Shown: positions 1 through 11,054, counted from the stretch's first letter. The stretch is DNA of 64,000 nucleotides from Candidatus Poribacteria bacterium (GCA_965222225.1 CBDCTK010000002.1:320001-384000); one strand, 5' to 3'. The notes: generated by a model not told the origin, from the sequence alone. Translations and numbers: made by a program.

Positions 1-246
1 GGGTTGCATTTCGCCGACGTGAAGAAGCTCCTCAACGTGCTGAATCGCTTGGTGGATAAGGGTAACACCATTGTAGTGATTGAACACAATCTTGATGTTA
101 TCAAGTGTGCGGATTGGGTCATTGATCTTGGGCCTGAAGGCGGCGATGCCGGAGGAGAGATTGTCGCCATGGGGACGCCCGAGATTGTAGCCGCGGAGGG
201 GGCCTCACCTACGGGTAGGTTTTTGCAGAAAGCACTCGCATCGTGA
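1..246 (+). CDS. uvrA: Excinuclease ABC subunit A, C-terminal end (partial at window edge)
   Basis: [11 protein letters not shown]...[44 protein letters not shown] is the typical UvrA C-terminus. Confidence 0.95.
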   Translation, partial: GLHFADVKKLLNVLNRLVDKGNTIVVIEHNLDVIKCADWVIDLGPEGGDAGGEIVAMGTPEIVAAEGASPTGRFLQKALAS

Positions 247-371
247 TAATATGGTGGGGGCTAGTAATTCATTTCATCGAACTTAGAAATTGTGGCTGAC
301 AGCTTAAGTGCCAACAGCCCGAAGCACGCAATCATACTTTTGAGGCGGAACACCCTCGGTGAATACGAAGG

Positions 372-400
372 TTGACAGAACTAGATCTTGCCCGTATAAT
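372..400 (+). promoter_or_regulatory. Sigma70-type promoter upstream of the transporter gene
   Basis: Perfect TTGACA (372-377), 17-nt spacer, TATAAT (395-400). Confidence 0.8.
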
Positions 401-456
401 GCAAAAAGTCATGTGAGGTAGAAGCATTCTGGAATACCTTTGCAACTGTAGGAGCG

Positions 457-491
457 ATCAAATGAGCGAATAGCGAATGCGATAGAGATTC
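457..491 (+). repeat. 35-nt micro-element copy 1, directly after TGTAGGAGCG (REP-like 5' arm)
   Basis: ATCAAATGAGCGAATAGCGAATGCGATAGAGATTC; first 33 nt identical to the copy at 53732. Confidence 0.85.
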
Positions 492-571
492 CATAGAGTT
501 CCCAAAAATATAACAACTCTGTCTGTGTGTAGATACTCTCCACAATTCCATAGTGAGTTTGTTAGAAAATT

Positions 572-2083
572 ATGGCGATGGATTCTATAAATAACAGTGA
601 AACAGGTCAACAGGCCGAAGAAACAGTTGAAAAAATAGAAATTCCGAAACCGACCGGTGTCTTTGCCGAACCATGGTCGGTGAAGAAATTAATCGGCTTG
701 CTTGCTGTCTTTGGTCCTGCCGCAATTGTGGCGTCGGCAAGCATTGGCGCGGGTGAAACTATTGTCGTTGTCAGTGCGGGTGCTTGGGCGAGTTACGGAC
801 TGCTATGGCTTGTGCTTTTGAGTTGTGTCGTAAAAGGCGTATTTGTCACCTATTTACTCGGACGCTACACCGCGGTAAGTGGGGAGCATGTAGGCCACCG
901 TCTAGTGCGCTTGCCCGGACCGCGTGGTTGGCTGTTACTTACGATTCTAATCATGGAGATGATTGGCGCCCCGCTGGCATGGGTGCCAATCGCAAAACCG
1001 TGCGGCGATCTTTTTCATTACTTCCTTGACGGGGTGCCAAAGTCTATTCCTGAGCCCGTTTGGGAAAACTTATTCACGTGTGCATTCATTGCCCTTGCGC
1101 TTGCGCTTAGCTTGCGTCTCACCTTTGAAAGGTTAGAAAAGCAGCAACTCATCATATGCGGTATCTTGGTCTTGGGTACGATCATTGGCACGTTGATGGT
1201 ACGTCCCGATTTTGGAAAGGCATTGGTTGGAAGTGTAAGCGTCGGGCAGCTTCCAAAACTTCCACCCTGGACACCTGAAGACACCGTCGAGAATCCTCTG
1301 TTAACAATGGCGACAGCCTTCGCTTATGTAGGCGGGTCCGTGTTGGGCTACATTGTTTACGCGAATTGGATTGGACTGCACCGCTGGGGGATGACGAGCC
1401 ATGAAAACATTGCAGCTATCCGAAAATACGCCTTTACGCGTGATAAGATTGACTACCTACCCGTAGGCAGAGAACAGGTGGCGCGTCTCCGAAAAATCAC
1501 CGCGCCATTACGGTGGGATGTCGGCATGGGCGCAATCGTTCTGTTCATCGTAACCGGGGCATTCATGATATCCGGTGCGGCAGTGCTCTATCCCCTAAAG
1601 ACCGAGTTCAAAGGGTGGAGTTTGCTCACAGAGCAGGCGCACGTGTGGAGCAACATCCACGCATCATTAGTTTGGGTTTACTACATTTGCATCATTGCCG
1701 CGCTGTGGGGAACGCTCCAAGCGCTGCCGGAAATCTATGCGCGAGTCTCACAGGAATTTCTTCAAGCGGTCTGGCCAAATCATAAGTGGGATTATCATAA
1801 GATTCAACGGTTAATCTGCGGTTATCTGTTCATCACCACCGCGATCATCATTTGGAGCAACGTTCCGTTCCACATCCTCACACAGATTGCCGGTTTCCTC
1901 ATAGCCAACCTGGCAATTGGTATGATGATGCTCGCTGCGCTGTATCTAAATTTTAAACTACCTTCTGCCTATCGGACACGGCTGCCGATGTCAATCGGCG
2001 CCGTTGTGTCCGCAGGCATTCTTTTTGTTTTTGCGGGTATTAGCGGGTGGGGATTATTTGCCAAGTTGCTTGGTAACGGCTAG
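572..2083 (+). CDS. Nramp-family (YcsG-like) membrane transporter
   Basis: FGPAAIVASASIGAGE N-terminal motif, GA-x-YGLLW, about 11 hydrophobic segments. Confidence 0.75.
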   Translation: MAMDSINNSETGQQAEETVEKIEIPKPTGVFAEPWSVKKLIGLLAVFGPAAIVASASIGAGETIVVVSAGAWASYGLLWLVLLSCVVKGVFVTYLLGRYTAVSGEHVGHRLVRLPGPRGWLLLTILIMEMIGAPLAWVPIAKPCGDLFHYFLDGVPKSIPEPVWENLFTCAFIALALALSLRLTFERLEKQQLIICGILVLGTIIGTLMVRPDFGKALVGSVSVGQLPKLPPWTPEDTVENPLLTMATAFAYVGGSVLGYIVYANWIGLHRWGMTSHENIAAIRKYAFTRDKIDYLPVGREQVARLRKITAPLRWDVGMGAIVLFIVTGAFMISGAAVLYPLKTEFKGWSLLTEQAHVWSNIHASLVWVYYICIIAALWGTLQALPEIYARVSQEFLQAVWPNHKWDYHKIQRLICGYLFITTAIIIWSNVPFHILTQIAGFLIANLAIGMMMLAALYLNFKLPSAYRTRLPMSIGAVVSAGILFVFAGISGWGLFAKLLGNG

Positions 2084-2339
2084 GAATATGCCGGAAGATA
2101 GGATTGAGTTCATTTGTCATGCCCTGTCAACGCGCACGGGCAACTACAGGGAAGTTTATCTTGCGTCGGGCGGGAATACCCCGTCGTAAGAAGGTATCAA
2201 AACAGGCCGGATCGTACGAAGGACTGATGCGTACGTTCTCGCATGCTGTGGCACGCGACATTACCTCGAGATTACTCCATATCTGGCATAAGTCCCTATT
2301 GTGCTTTAGCATATACGCTAAACAAAGGAGAAACTATCT

Positions 2340-3152
2340 ATGGCATCAAATCGCTTCAGAGAAAGAATGAACTCCGGCGCGCCACTCACCGGAACGCACA
2401 TCATGACCGCTCACGAAGACCTCTTTGAAATAGCTGCGGCAACAGGTCTTTATGACACTATAGAGTTTAGCGCGGAATACAGCATGTTTGACATGCGTTT
2501 GTTGAACAATATGGCACGCGCGGCAGAGTTGTATAACACGTCGCTCATCATTAAACTCGATCAATACAGTCAAGGCTTTTGGGCGCAGGCGGCCATAGGC
2601 GCGGGGTTTCACGCCGTACTTTTTACCGACATTCGGACACCTGATGACATCGTCGCGTGCCATAAGATACTTCGACCCGATAAGCCTGGAATAGACGGGC
2701 ACATGGGGGTAAAGATTCGCCGCATCGCTATTGAAGGGTACGGTGGCAGCAGCAGCTACCTTCAGAAGATTGAGGACATTGGGTTCATAGTAATGATTGA
2801 AAAGGACGTGGCTGTCCAAAACCTCGATGAGATCTGTTCTGTTGCAGCCGAGTTGGGTGTCGACATGATACAGTGGGGACCGTCGGATTTTGGATTCAGT
2901 CGGCCGAGCACGCCAACACCCGAAGAAATTCAGTATTTCGAGAAACGGGTGATTAAAACGGCTCTCGCCAAAGGCATTCGGCCTCGTGTCGAATTGGAAT
3001 TTCCTACCCCTGAAAAGATGGATTACTACACCGAGTTAGGGATTAAGGATTACTGCGCCATGTGGGACCGGAGCGCATTATCAAGTGGTTGGACTAAGAC
3101 GGGAACGGCGCTGAAGGAAGAATTGGCGGCTCGCTGGTCGCAATACTATTAA
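2340..3152 (+). CDS. HpcH/HpaI aldolase/citrate lyase family protein
   Basis: AEY, MIEK..AV.NLDEI, WGPSD motifs; AAGGAG RBS. Confidence 0.8.
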   Translation: MASNRFRERMNSGAPLTGTHIMTAHEDLFEIAAATGLYDTIEFSAEYSMFDMRLLNNMARAAELYNTSLIIKLDQYSQGFWAQAAIGAGFHAVLFTDIRTPDDIVACHKILRPDKPGIDGHMGVKIRRIAIEGYGGSSSYLQKIEDIGFIVMIEKDVAVQNLDEICSVAAELGVDMIQWGPSDFGFSRPSTPTPEEIQYFEKRVIKTALAKGIRPRVELEFPTPEKMDYYTELGIKDYCAMWDRSALSSGWTKTGTALKEELAARWSQYY

Positions 3153-3176
3153 CCGTAAATCGGATAGGAGGATATA

Positions 3177-4034
3177 ATGGCTTACAAACTGGATTCGCAA
3201 ACCATGTACATGATGCCGACGCATTTTGGACCGAGCACGGGCCCGAGACAGGGTCCGGATGGACGCAAGTTTGAATGCAAGGATAATCCCAAGTCGAAAT
3301 CTGTGTCCGTCAGCTTTCTTACCAATAGCGAGCAACTCAAGGAATTGTTGCCGCCCGGCGGTTTCGAGTTGGGCGCTGAACCCGTCGTAACTGTGTCTGC
3401 CACTTACATGACAGAAATCGAATGGTTAGCTGGTCGTGGTTACAATGTCCTTGGTGTTAGCTTTCCCGTCGTTTTTAATGGAAAAGAGGACCGTGCCAGG
3501 GGTAGTCTGCTGACCGTGCTGTGGGAAAATCTGTGCGACCCGATTCTCACGGGACGTGAACAGTTGGGGTTCTCCAAAATCTACTGCGAACTGCCTGAGC
3601 CTGTTGTTCTTCGTGGAGAGACACACGTTATAGCCAGTTGGCTCGGATTCAAATTCCTAGACATGAAGCTGACCAACATGCATGAGATACCGTTGCCGCA
3701 AACCGCACCGTCATCCGCACCATCAGCTAAACCGAAAGACGATGTGTTGACGGGGACGTTGCATTACAAGTATATGCCGAGAACAGGCGAGTGGGGTACA
3801 CCTGACATAGCTTACGCCGTACTCACGCCATCCGAGGGAGGAAATGGCCGCACCACGGAACTTTGGCGCGGTGAAGGCACTGTGGAGTTCCACAAAGCGA
3901 GATGGGAAGACCTGCCGACACAGTACAGTATCGTCAATGCTTTCCACGACTTAGAAATAGTGGAATACCGTGGCGCCAGTTTCTCGATGGGAATTGGTGA
4001 CAAAGATTTGAGCGATCAGCGAATTCTACGCTAG
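3177..4034 (+). CDS. Acetoacetate decarboxylase family protein
   Basis: Y.MP.HFGP N-terminus and PILTGREQLGFSK (GRE..G..K Schiff-base Lys motif); AGGAG RBS. Confidence 0.85.
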   Translation: MAYKLDSQTMYMMPTHFGPSTGPRQGPDGRKFECKDNPKSKSVSVSFLTNSEQLKELLPPGGFELGAEPVVTVSATYMTEIEWLAGRGYNVLGVSFPVVFNGKEDRARGSLLTVLWENLCDPILTGREQLGFSKIYCELPEPVVLRGETHVIASWLGFKFLDMKLTNMHEIPLPQTAPSSAPSAKPKDDVLTGTLHYKYMPRTGEWGTPDIAYAVLTPSEGGNGRTTELWRGEGTVEFHKARWEDLPTQYSIVNAFHDLEIVEYRGASFSMGIGDKDLSDQRILR

Positions 4035-4048
4035 ACTGAAGAAACCAA

Positions 4049-4196
4049 CTAGTACAGATAGGCGTAATTGCCTTATGAGTTAGCGGTAGGTGCGATTTCC
4101 CAATCGCACCGTCAGTTAAGGTGCTGTTTAAGTGAACGTACAGAGGGCGCGCTTAACCGTTTCATTCACTTAACTATTTCCGCCAACGTGTACTAG
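4049..4196. mobile_element. 148-bp MITE-like element with imperfect CTAGTACA...GGCG terminal inverted repeats and an internal REP hairpin
   Basis: Left CTAGTACAGATAGGCGTAATT vs right end reverse-complemented CTAGTACACGTTGGCGGAAAT; internal GGTAGGTGCGATTTCCCAATCGCACC. Confidence 0.6.
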
Positions 4197-4223
4197 CGAA
4201 CTTCAGCTCAAAGTTGTATGATT

Positions 4224-4252
4224 AAAAACCCCGGCATTGCTCGGGGTTTTTT
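4224..4252. terminator. Bidirectional intrinsic terminator
   Basis: AAAAACCCCGG-CATTGC-TCGGGGTTTTTT between convergent genes. Confidence 0.8.
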
Positions 4253-4398
4253 GTTTACATATCGCTCAATTCTCCTAGCGACTTGGGTTAATCAAGGGCG
4301 CGTCGGCTTTTATGCCTTCCGGCTTGTGCTTCAAGCCCCAAACCCCGCCTGCCGTATTTGGGCTTTGTAGGAACCGCTTGGCTTGCTCGGGCGCAGGG

Positions 4399-4685
4399 CG
4401 TAGGTTGGGTTAAATGGTTTGATGCGAATCACTACCAAGCACAATAGAGGTTCTGTCTTTCGTTGAGGCGGGTTTATACGGAGATAGAATGAAACCCAAC
4501 ACCTCAATCCAACGCACATGTTGATTATCAAGTTGGGTTTCACTAGTCATGGGAGTTTCAAGTGGTATTGGAGCTCGAAAGCCGTGCGCAATGCGGGTGA
4601 TTTTTGGCGTTGACAGGATCTCTATCGCACGGGATCTTCTATCGCGCTCATTATTCATTCGCTTGATCGTTCAACCCAACCTACA
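4399..4685. repeat. Expanded GTAG-type REP doublet carrying inserts, including micro-element copy 2 (4632-4667, minus) and a remnant (4616-4631)
   Basis: CGTAGGTTGGGTT...GAAACCCAAC...GTTGGGTTTCACT...GTTCAACCCAACCTAC. Confidence 0.7.
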
Positions 4686-4742
4686 TGGGACTGGACTTAG
4701 CCCCTTCATGTCCAGGAACCTAGAGTACTTTAATCCCGTCTC

Positions 4743-5983
4743 TTAATCCATCCATAGGGATGCAATCCCGTCTTTGATGATGTTCTCCATGCCAACCGCA
4801 AGTGGCCGGTTCACCGGATTTGCCCACAAGCTTGGGAAACAGCCCGCTTCATATCTGCCCTTTTCGCCAAGAGCCAATTCTTTGTCCGTAGCAATATACC
4901 CCGGGCCTTCATTGGTATAACCAAAGGTCATGTTGTGGTCAAACGGAGCGTTTTCGTCAACCCAAAGCTCGTATTCACAGAATATCTCGCTGGGAAGCGT
5001 AATAAGGCACCATTCCGTGCCTAGCATGATAGCGTTGATGTCGAATTGTATCTCTGACGGCGACCACTCCCCGCGTTCAATCATTTCCTTGATTGACTGA
5101 AGCAGCGGTTCCTGTCTTCTATATTCGTGAAGCGAGAGAATCCTGAGACGCTCGCATGCCTCCCGCCAGACTTCCATTGAGGGTAGCTCTTGGGTGGGGA
5201 GTGTAACTCGGGTGGATCGCACCTTTAACTTGTCTGTATTGATCTCGGTGCTGTTACGCATGGCTTCAAGTACACCACGACCAAGCTTTCTACCCGCTTC
5301 CTCAGCCCGTTCATGCCAGCCACTCTCAATGCTAAACGATACGGGAAATCCGTTAATATTTGCGCCACACCCTTGTGCGAACAGTGGTGTCACTACGTTA
5401 CCTAGTTCTTCGGTGATGTGATTTACCGCATGACCAGGAAAGTCAGCGCTGATATCACCGCTTGTCATTGTTATGACGGGGTGTGCAGCATGTTCGAACA
5501 GGAAGCAAGTGGTCTGCCGTCTTCCGTGTACGCTGCGAGCGTGTTGACCCATGGCACAACCGCGCCCTCTTGGTTGACTGCCATGATCACCACGCCATTT
5601 TCGTCGGCGAGACGGCGATTGTATCCGACCTGTGCCGATCCGCGCCCTACACGGAGCGACACATCGACTCGGTTAGCATACGCTTCTTCCGCCGCGGAGA
5701 AGATTAACTCTCCCATGCGCTTCGCCCAATCTTCGTCCCGTGAGTCGCGTCCGTCCGCATGCGTGTGCGAACAGTTTATTAGCGTGTGTTTGATGCCTAG
5801 CTGTTGCTGGATCTTTTCACGGATTTCAGGAAAGAACGGGTCTACCATGTCCAAGCAAATTATGCATAGAGTTTCTTCACCGTCATCCAACACGAGGGCT
5901 TTGGCAAAGAGCGGGTCGTGTATAGGAGGATTGCCAATGAGTTCAGGAAACGTCATATCTCTAGTGCTAACCCCAGCTTTCAT
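4743..5983 (-). pseudogene. Neutral/alkaline ceramidase-like (N-terminal domain) hydrolase, split by a 1-nt frameshift near 5505
   Basis: ORF 5471-5983 has HDPLFAKALVL, LINCSHTH and GYNRR; ORF 4743-5552 continues with HAAHPV, AQGCGANIN, PSEIF and GYTN..GY; adding one T restores GRPLAFLFEHAAHP. Confidence 0.75.
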
Positions 5984-5996
5984 GCGTTGTCTCCTT

Positions 5997-6203
5997 ATAC
6001 CATTTCTCTATATTTGAAGTGCATTAATAGCGTCAATCAAATCTTACTAATGCGGGGCAAGATGGGATTTCTATCGCCTTCGCTATTCGCTCAGCTGATC
6101 CCCGCTTATGGGTTTGGTGTGTGGGGTAATGGTTGGTATCGGTCATTTCATAACAGTATAATTGAAAAACATCATACGCAATATTATTCATGCGAAATGG
6201 TAT
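5997..6203 (-). mobile_element. MITE family A copy (TACCATTTC...GAAATGGTA ends) containing micro-element copy 3 (6065-6099)
   Basis: Reverse complement aligns along its length with 52380-52429 + 53407-53530, and at its ends with 59626-59840. Confidence 0.8.
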
Positions 6204-6325
6204 TGTCATGTATTTAAGGAATAAACTTAAGGGCTTCCTGCGACGCCATCATCGCCACTAGAGAACCACACTTCGTCGCACGCCCCCTATGTCCTCAATC
6301 CACAGCCGATGATACCACTATATGC

Positions 6326-7207
6326 TTAATCCCTCCAACGACTCGGATTAATCGAAGGTGCGTCATTTTTCATTCCTTTTGGCTTATGCTCTAGGCCCCA
6401 GACCCCGCCCGTCGTATTGAGGCTTTGCAAGAACGGCTTGGCTTGTACAGGCGCAGCAGCTACTAGCTCGGGATCCCATTCTTCCATAGGTTGGATGGGC
6501 CCCGCCCACGCCGGTCGGTAGCCGAACTGGATGAGTTCCCTGGCGGACGTATCTGTGTTCGGATGGGTGGCATGGAAAAGCGTGCTAGGAATAACCACCG
6601 CCGAACCCGCTTCTAGGCAGAGTGTAGCTTCTTCGGGGTGTGATTTATAGCGTACGTACGGACTTGCCTGTGCATGAAACGAGAGGTGGCTGCGAGGGAT
6701 ACAGCGGAACGGCGCGCGCTTTGGCAGCAGGTCATCGAGATAGTATAACACCCGCAGCAATCGAGGAGAACTCCCTTCATAGTCGAAGATTGATGAGCCA
6801 TGGGGCTGCCCATCAGTGTGCATTGAAATCCCCGGAGATCCGGGGAGTGTTCTCTGAAAGAAGCCGCGTGTAAAGACGATATCTGGTCCCATAAGTTCCG
6901 TAAGAAACTCAATCGTCGGTGGGTGACCGATAAGTTCTGCAACCGCACGGCTTATCCATTGTGGCTGTTGCTTTCCAACGGTCTGATAGTCGCTGTACGG
7001 TTTAACCCCCATCGGAGTGTCCGCAAGCTCTGCTTTAAGGCGTGCAATATGCTCCGCGCTTAGAATGTCGGGCAAGACCACATAGCCTTCCACCTCAAAA
7101 TGACGGATTCGCTGTGCCAAAGTGAATGAGCGAAAGTCGGTTTCGTCAATATTCATGAAATCGATGACTTCATTGGGGGCGATTACGGGGATATCGGTCT
7201 CTTTCAT
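6326..7207 (-). CDS. Phytanoyl-CoA dioxygenase (PhyH) family Fe/2OG dioxygenase
   Basis: F..EGYVVL..L, HTD metal motif, IPRSH and distal FHAT..N..R. Confidence 0.85.
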   Translation of the reverse strand: MKETDIPVIAPNEVIDFMNIDETDFRSFTLAQRIRHFEVEGYVVLPDILSAEHIARLKAELADTPMGVKPYSDYQTVGKQQPQWISRAVAELIGHPPTIEFLTELMGPDIVFTRGFFQRTLPGSPGISMHTDGQPHGSSIFDYEGSSPRLLRVLYYLDDLLPKRAPFRCIPRSHLSFHAQASPYVRYKSHPEEATLCLEAGSAVVIPSTLFHATHPNTDTSARELIQFGYRPAWAGPIQPMEEWDPELVAAAPVQAKPFLQSLNTTGGVWGLEHKPKGMKNDAPSINPSRWRD

Positions 7208-7344
7208 CGGATTCTCCTTCTAGGTCTTGATCGACCTCAAAGTATATTTCAACAGGGCAGTGTTTGGGCACTCCCGATTGTGTAGCGCGTTCTGTTGCAC
7301 CATTTGTCTGTGTGAGTATCTTATGGATATTCCTATGGATATTC

Positions 7345-8522
7345 CTAGAAATACTCAAGCGTATAGGTCGTTTTTGGTGGTAAAAGCGCTGTCGCAGCCT
7401 TCACCGCGTCTGCGCTGGAGCACGACACAAAACCGTGTTCCAATAGATTCTCAAGACTGGGTTCGCCTAACCACGCTTGCGAATACTGACGGATATCTAT
7501 TTGTAAATCTCCACTATCGGTTGGTTCGACATGTATACCCTCCGGGGAGAAGGATACCCGCCACGGTCCTCGGTTGGACGGCAGAATTTCGTCATCAATG
7601 ACCATTGTGAAGTTGCCAGACTCCGTTGTTGACAACCCCGTGAGTGAGTCTGGAACGTTAATAACCCGGAACATAGAGGGATTGGGAAGTCTCGCCGTCA
7701 TGCCGCGGGTGAACCACTTCGACGACAAAAATGGTCCATTTGAGGGTTCAGCCCAGGTAATGGTTTGGCGATTGATACCCACTCCTGCCAGAGTCGCAAG
7801 CATGGATTCATATCCTTCGAGTGTAGCCCACACAAACTCGATAACGTCAAGGTCGTCGTTCCGTGTCAATCGAAGGAGCGCGTATGCTTCTACCGGGTCG
7901 CCGGCGGCGAACACGAAGGGTGGAGTGCCGTGGGTCTGCGTGTGCCGCGACAAACCAAAACCTTTGCGGGACGTTCGCATTCCCGAATAGCGAAACGCAA
8001 ACTTCTCGTACGCTAGATCGAGAGGTGCCCAATCGTCGACGCTTAATTGGCGGATTGGCAGTGGACAGTCCATTTTGGGAAACAAGGGGACGGGACACGT
8101 CACGTGAACATCACGCCCGCAACATTCCCAACCGAAACGTCGATAGAAAATCTCGTGGGCGGCATGCAGGTTCGTCATCGTTTCGCCGGTGCTGTGCATG
8201 TGTTCTATACCATACGTCATCATGGCGCTGCCTATATGCCGCTTACGGGCTGAGGGTGTAACCGCGACGCCGCTCACCCCGCCGCATTTGAAGAGTGCCC
8301 CGCGGCACGTCCTCGGGGTATAAAAATCTGGAATGCGCCGGCAACTAGCCCATCTTCATCGGCGACGAACATCTGCTAGTCCTCTTCGGGACTTCAAGTG
8401 TCGAGTCGCACGTCAAGGTTATCAACATTCGGATTGGGTTGCCCGGCATCAAAAGCAGCCGACCAAATCATGCCAACCTGCTTACGGTCATCCTCTCGGT
8501 ATTCTCGGATGAGCGCGGTCAC
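7345..8522 (-). pseudogene. Eis-like GNAT acetyltransferase with SCP2-like C-terminus, 5' part disrupted
   Basis: GVAV.P.ARKRHIG, FYRRFGWE and C-terminal sterol-carrier-like domain ending EYF. The upstream frame from GTG 8522 (AAGGAG RBS) contains in-frame TGA and TAG plus a frameshift near 8315. Confidence 0.75.
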
Positions 8523-8734
8523 AAAAATAGCAATTCTCCTTTCGATTCTCAAGTGCTGGCTGTTTTATGCCATGGATTCTATTTCGTTTACTCTGGATGA
8601 CTTCTGGTGGTTCTCGTCAGATTGAAAGAACGTGCCTCAACGCTTTACATCCATAGCGATGAGCCTAATGTCTCCTGGTGTCTACCGCTGAATAGCTGAT
8701 TAAAGGATTGCGAACAAGAAAGTAACGTGACAAC

Positions 8735-9580
8735 TCAGCGGAGGTGCTTTAACATGGTAAGTGGTGTAGTTGCAAGTAACGCCGCGTCAACTGGCAGCGC
8801 CACTCCCGAAATCCAGCGAGATTCGTCGCTTCCGAGGAACACGGCTGCCCACGCGACATCCCAAGCGGTTCCCTCCGTTGCCAGCGGCACGGTTCTGCGG
8901 CGCAAATCGCGGTATTCGTCCGTTATCTTGCTAACCATTGAGGCGTAAAGGTAACCCGGAACAATGCAGTTAACGCGAATTCCATCCCTGCCGTGATGCA
9001 CCGCCATGTTCCGGGTTAGCGATATGACACCCCCTTTGGAAGCAGCGTAGGCTACTTCCGGTGTCATATTCGGCGATCGCAAAGCGGCGATTGACGAGAC
9101 GTTGATTATGGAACCGCCACCCGCTTTTATCATTGCCGGGATAGCGTATTTGCTCGTAAGCATCATACTCTTAATATTGATTTCCATCATCCGTTCCCAT
9201 CCGTCTTCCTCCACATCAAGAACGGTCCCCGGATTGCCAATTCCGCTGATGCCGACGTTATTGAATAGGATGTTTAAACTTCCGAATCGCGCAATAGCCG
9301 TCTCTACCATTGCCTTACAATCCGCGCTTCGCGTGACATCGGCGACAAACGCCGATGCTTCTCCCTCAGCCTCCTCAATGGCTGCAACGGTTCGCGCCGC
9401 GTTCTCGGCATTGACATCGACGACAAGCACCTTGGCTCCCTGCATGGCAAAAAGGACTGCTGTCGCCAGTCCGGTACCGTCAGCGTAGCCGCCGCGGCTT
9501 CCGGCGCCAGTGACGATGGCGACCTTTCCCTTCAATCTTGTGCCACTTTTTTCCAAAGTTGGAGAGATCTCATTCTTCAA
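8735..9580 (-). CDS. Short-chain dehydrogenase/reductase
   Basis: GKVAIVTGAG, NNVG, YAASK and IRVNCIVPG motifs. Confidence 0.9.
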   Translation of the reverse strand: MKNEISPTLEKSGTRLKGKVAIVTGAGSRGGYADGTGLATAVLFAMQGAKVLVVDVNAENAARTVAAIEEAEGEASAFVADVTRSADCKAMVETAIARFGSLNILFNNVGISGIGNPGTVLDVEEDGWERMMEINIKSMMLTSKYAIPAMIKAGGGSIINVSSIAALRSPNMTPEVAYAASKGGVISLTRNMAVHHGRDGIRVNCIVPGYLYASMVSKITDEYRDLRRRTVPLATEGTAWDVAWAAVFLGSDESRWISGVALPVDAALLATTPLTMLKHLR

Positions 9581-9709
9581 ATAAAACCTGTTTGAACAAC
9601 AGAAGACAAGCTATTCTTGGTCACTTGAGAAGTGACTTTCACGTGTTCTTGTCGTCAGTGGCTATACACTTGGACAGTCTCAATTTTGACTTAATGATTG
9701 AAGATAAGG

Positions 9710-9855
9710 TTCTATCGCACTGGAATTTCTATCGCGCTCCTTATTCGGTCGCTTGATCGGTTTGCCACGTATTTTCTTAAGCGGGCTTAAGCGAGTCGGG
9801 CTAGAATGGAATTTCTATCGCACTCCCTAATCGGTCGCTTGATTTCGACCTACCG
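9710..9855 (-). repeat. Micro-element copies 4 (9723-9757) and 5 (9809-9843) plus a remnant (9710-9722); copy 5 is inside a GTAGGTCG...CCCGAC REP
   Basis: Reverse complements ATCAAGCGACCGAATAAGGAGCGCGATAGAAATTC and ATCAAGCGACCGATTAGGGAGTGCGATAGAAATTC. Confidence 0.85.
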
Positions 9856-9978
9856 GAATGGGGCGCAACTTGGGTTACCTAAATGTACTTGTAAACGGGA
9901 CTCAAGATTGGCTATTGGTAACTGTAAATGGAAATGGCGATGCAAGATTAACAGCGAGATCTGCTCTTAAGCCATTCT

Positions 9979-10932
9979 CTAGAATCCGAGTTCTTTCCGT
10001 ACAACATTCGCTAACGGTTCGCCTGCCAAATACTTTTTCAGATTACCGCAGAAAAATTCGACCAAACGTGGAAACCGGCGCTGTGACACCCCGGCGACAT
10101 GCGGCGTAATTATCACGTTGTCCATATCCCACAACGGACTGTCTTTGTCGAGCGGCTCGACTTCCGTCACATCCAAACCTGCCCCGGCGATTGTTCCATT
10201 CTTCAGTGCCTCAACAAGCGCATCTTGGTCAACGATGGGTCCGCGAGCGACATTAATCAGATAAGCGGTAGGCTTCATCAATGCTAAATTACTCGCGTTA
10301 ATCAGACCGCGCGTCTCATCCGTGAGTGGACATGCAATCAGTACGGCATCTGACCGGCGCATCAAATCGGGAAGTTGGTCGATTGGCATCAATTCATCGA
10401 CATTTTCCGGTTTGTCAGTACGAAAAGCATCTACAGCGATGACATGCGTGTCAAACCCTTTTGCCCGATTTGCCATAAAGCCGCCAATCCCACCCATGCC
10501 GACGATGCCAATAGTAAGATTGGCAATCTCTATAATCGGAGTGGGTATGTGACTATCCCAGTTATGGTCATCCTGACGGCGAGCAAAATGATGAATGCCT
10601 CGGACCAACCCTAACAGAAGCGCGAATCCCTGATCGGCAACATTGGGCCCGTACAAGCCTGCCGCGTTTGTAACCACAATATTGCTATCTCGAATCGCCG
10701 GCGTCAAAAATGCGTCCATTCCCGCCGAGCTGGATTGAACCCATCTCAGATTCGGCGCTCGTTGCATCATTTCCTCACTGCATCCACCGAAGATGACCTC
10801 CACCTCTTCATCGACTGCCCCCAGCAGGTCCTCACTGGAAGCCGGAAATGCCACGCTGTTGTCGCCCGCCGCATTCAGTATCATTTGGCGGAGATCCTCA
10901 CCATAATTACTATCTGATACAATAATCTTCAT
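9979..10932 (-). CDS. D-2-hydroxyacid dehydrogenase (NAD-dependent)
   Basis: GMGGIG, INVARG, LDV...EPL and ITPH motifs; start taken at MKIIV. Confidence 0.9.
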   Translation of the reverse strand: MKIIVSDSNYGEDLRQMILNAAGDNSVAFPASSEDLLGAVDEEVEVIFGGCSEEMMQRAPNLRWVQSSSAGMDAFLTPAIRDSNIVVTNAAGLYGPNVADQGFALLLGLVRGIHHFARRQDDHNWDSHIPTPIIEIANLTIGIVGMGGIGGFMANRAKGFDTHVIAVDAFRTDKPENVDELMPIDQLPDLMRRSDAVLIACPLTDETRGLINASNLALMKPTAYLINVARGPIVDQDALVEALKNGTIAGAGLDVTEVEPLDKDSPLWDMDNVIITPHVAGVSQRRFPRLVEFFCGNLKKYLAGEPLANVVRKELGF

Positions 10933-11054
10933 GTAATCGCTCCAAGGTTGCAATGACTTTGTTTGATTCTGCGGTACTTCCCCTGAACGCTGCCTCCAAA
11001 CCGTTGGGAAGAACAAAGTTGACGAGGCGCGTTAGTTCAATTTTGTAGCCCCTG

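Noticed and set aside
7322-7346. 12-nt tandem repeat TATGGATATTCC x2 at the eis stop codon
   Set aside because: Only two units, probably replication slippage; no functional evidence.
8350-8400. Selenocysteine or pyrrolysine readthrough in the eis-like gene
   Set aside because: TGA, TAG and a frameshift occur together, so simple decay is more parsimonious.
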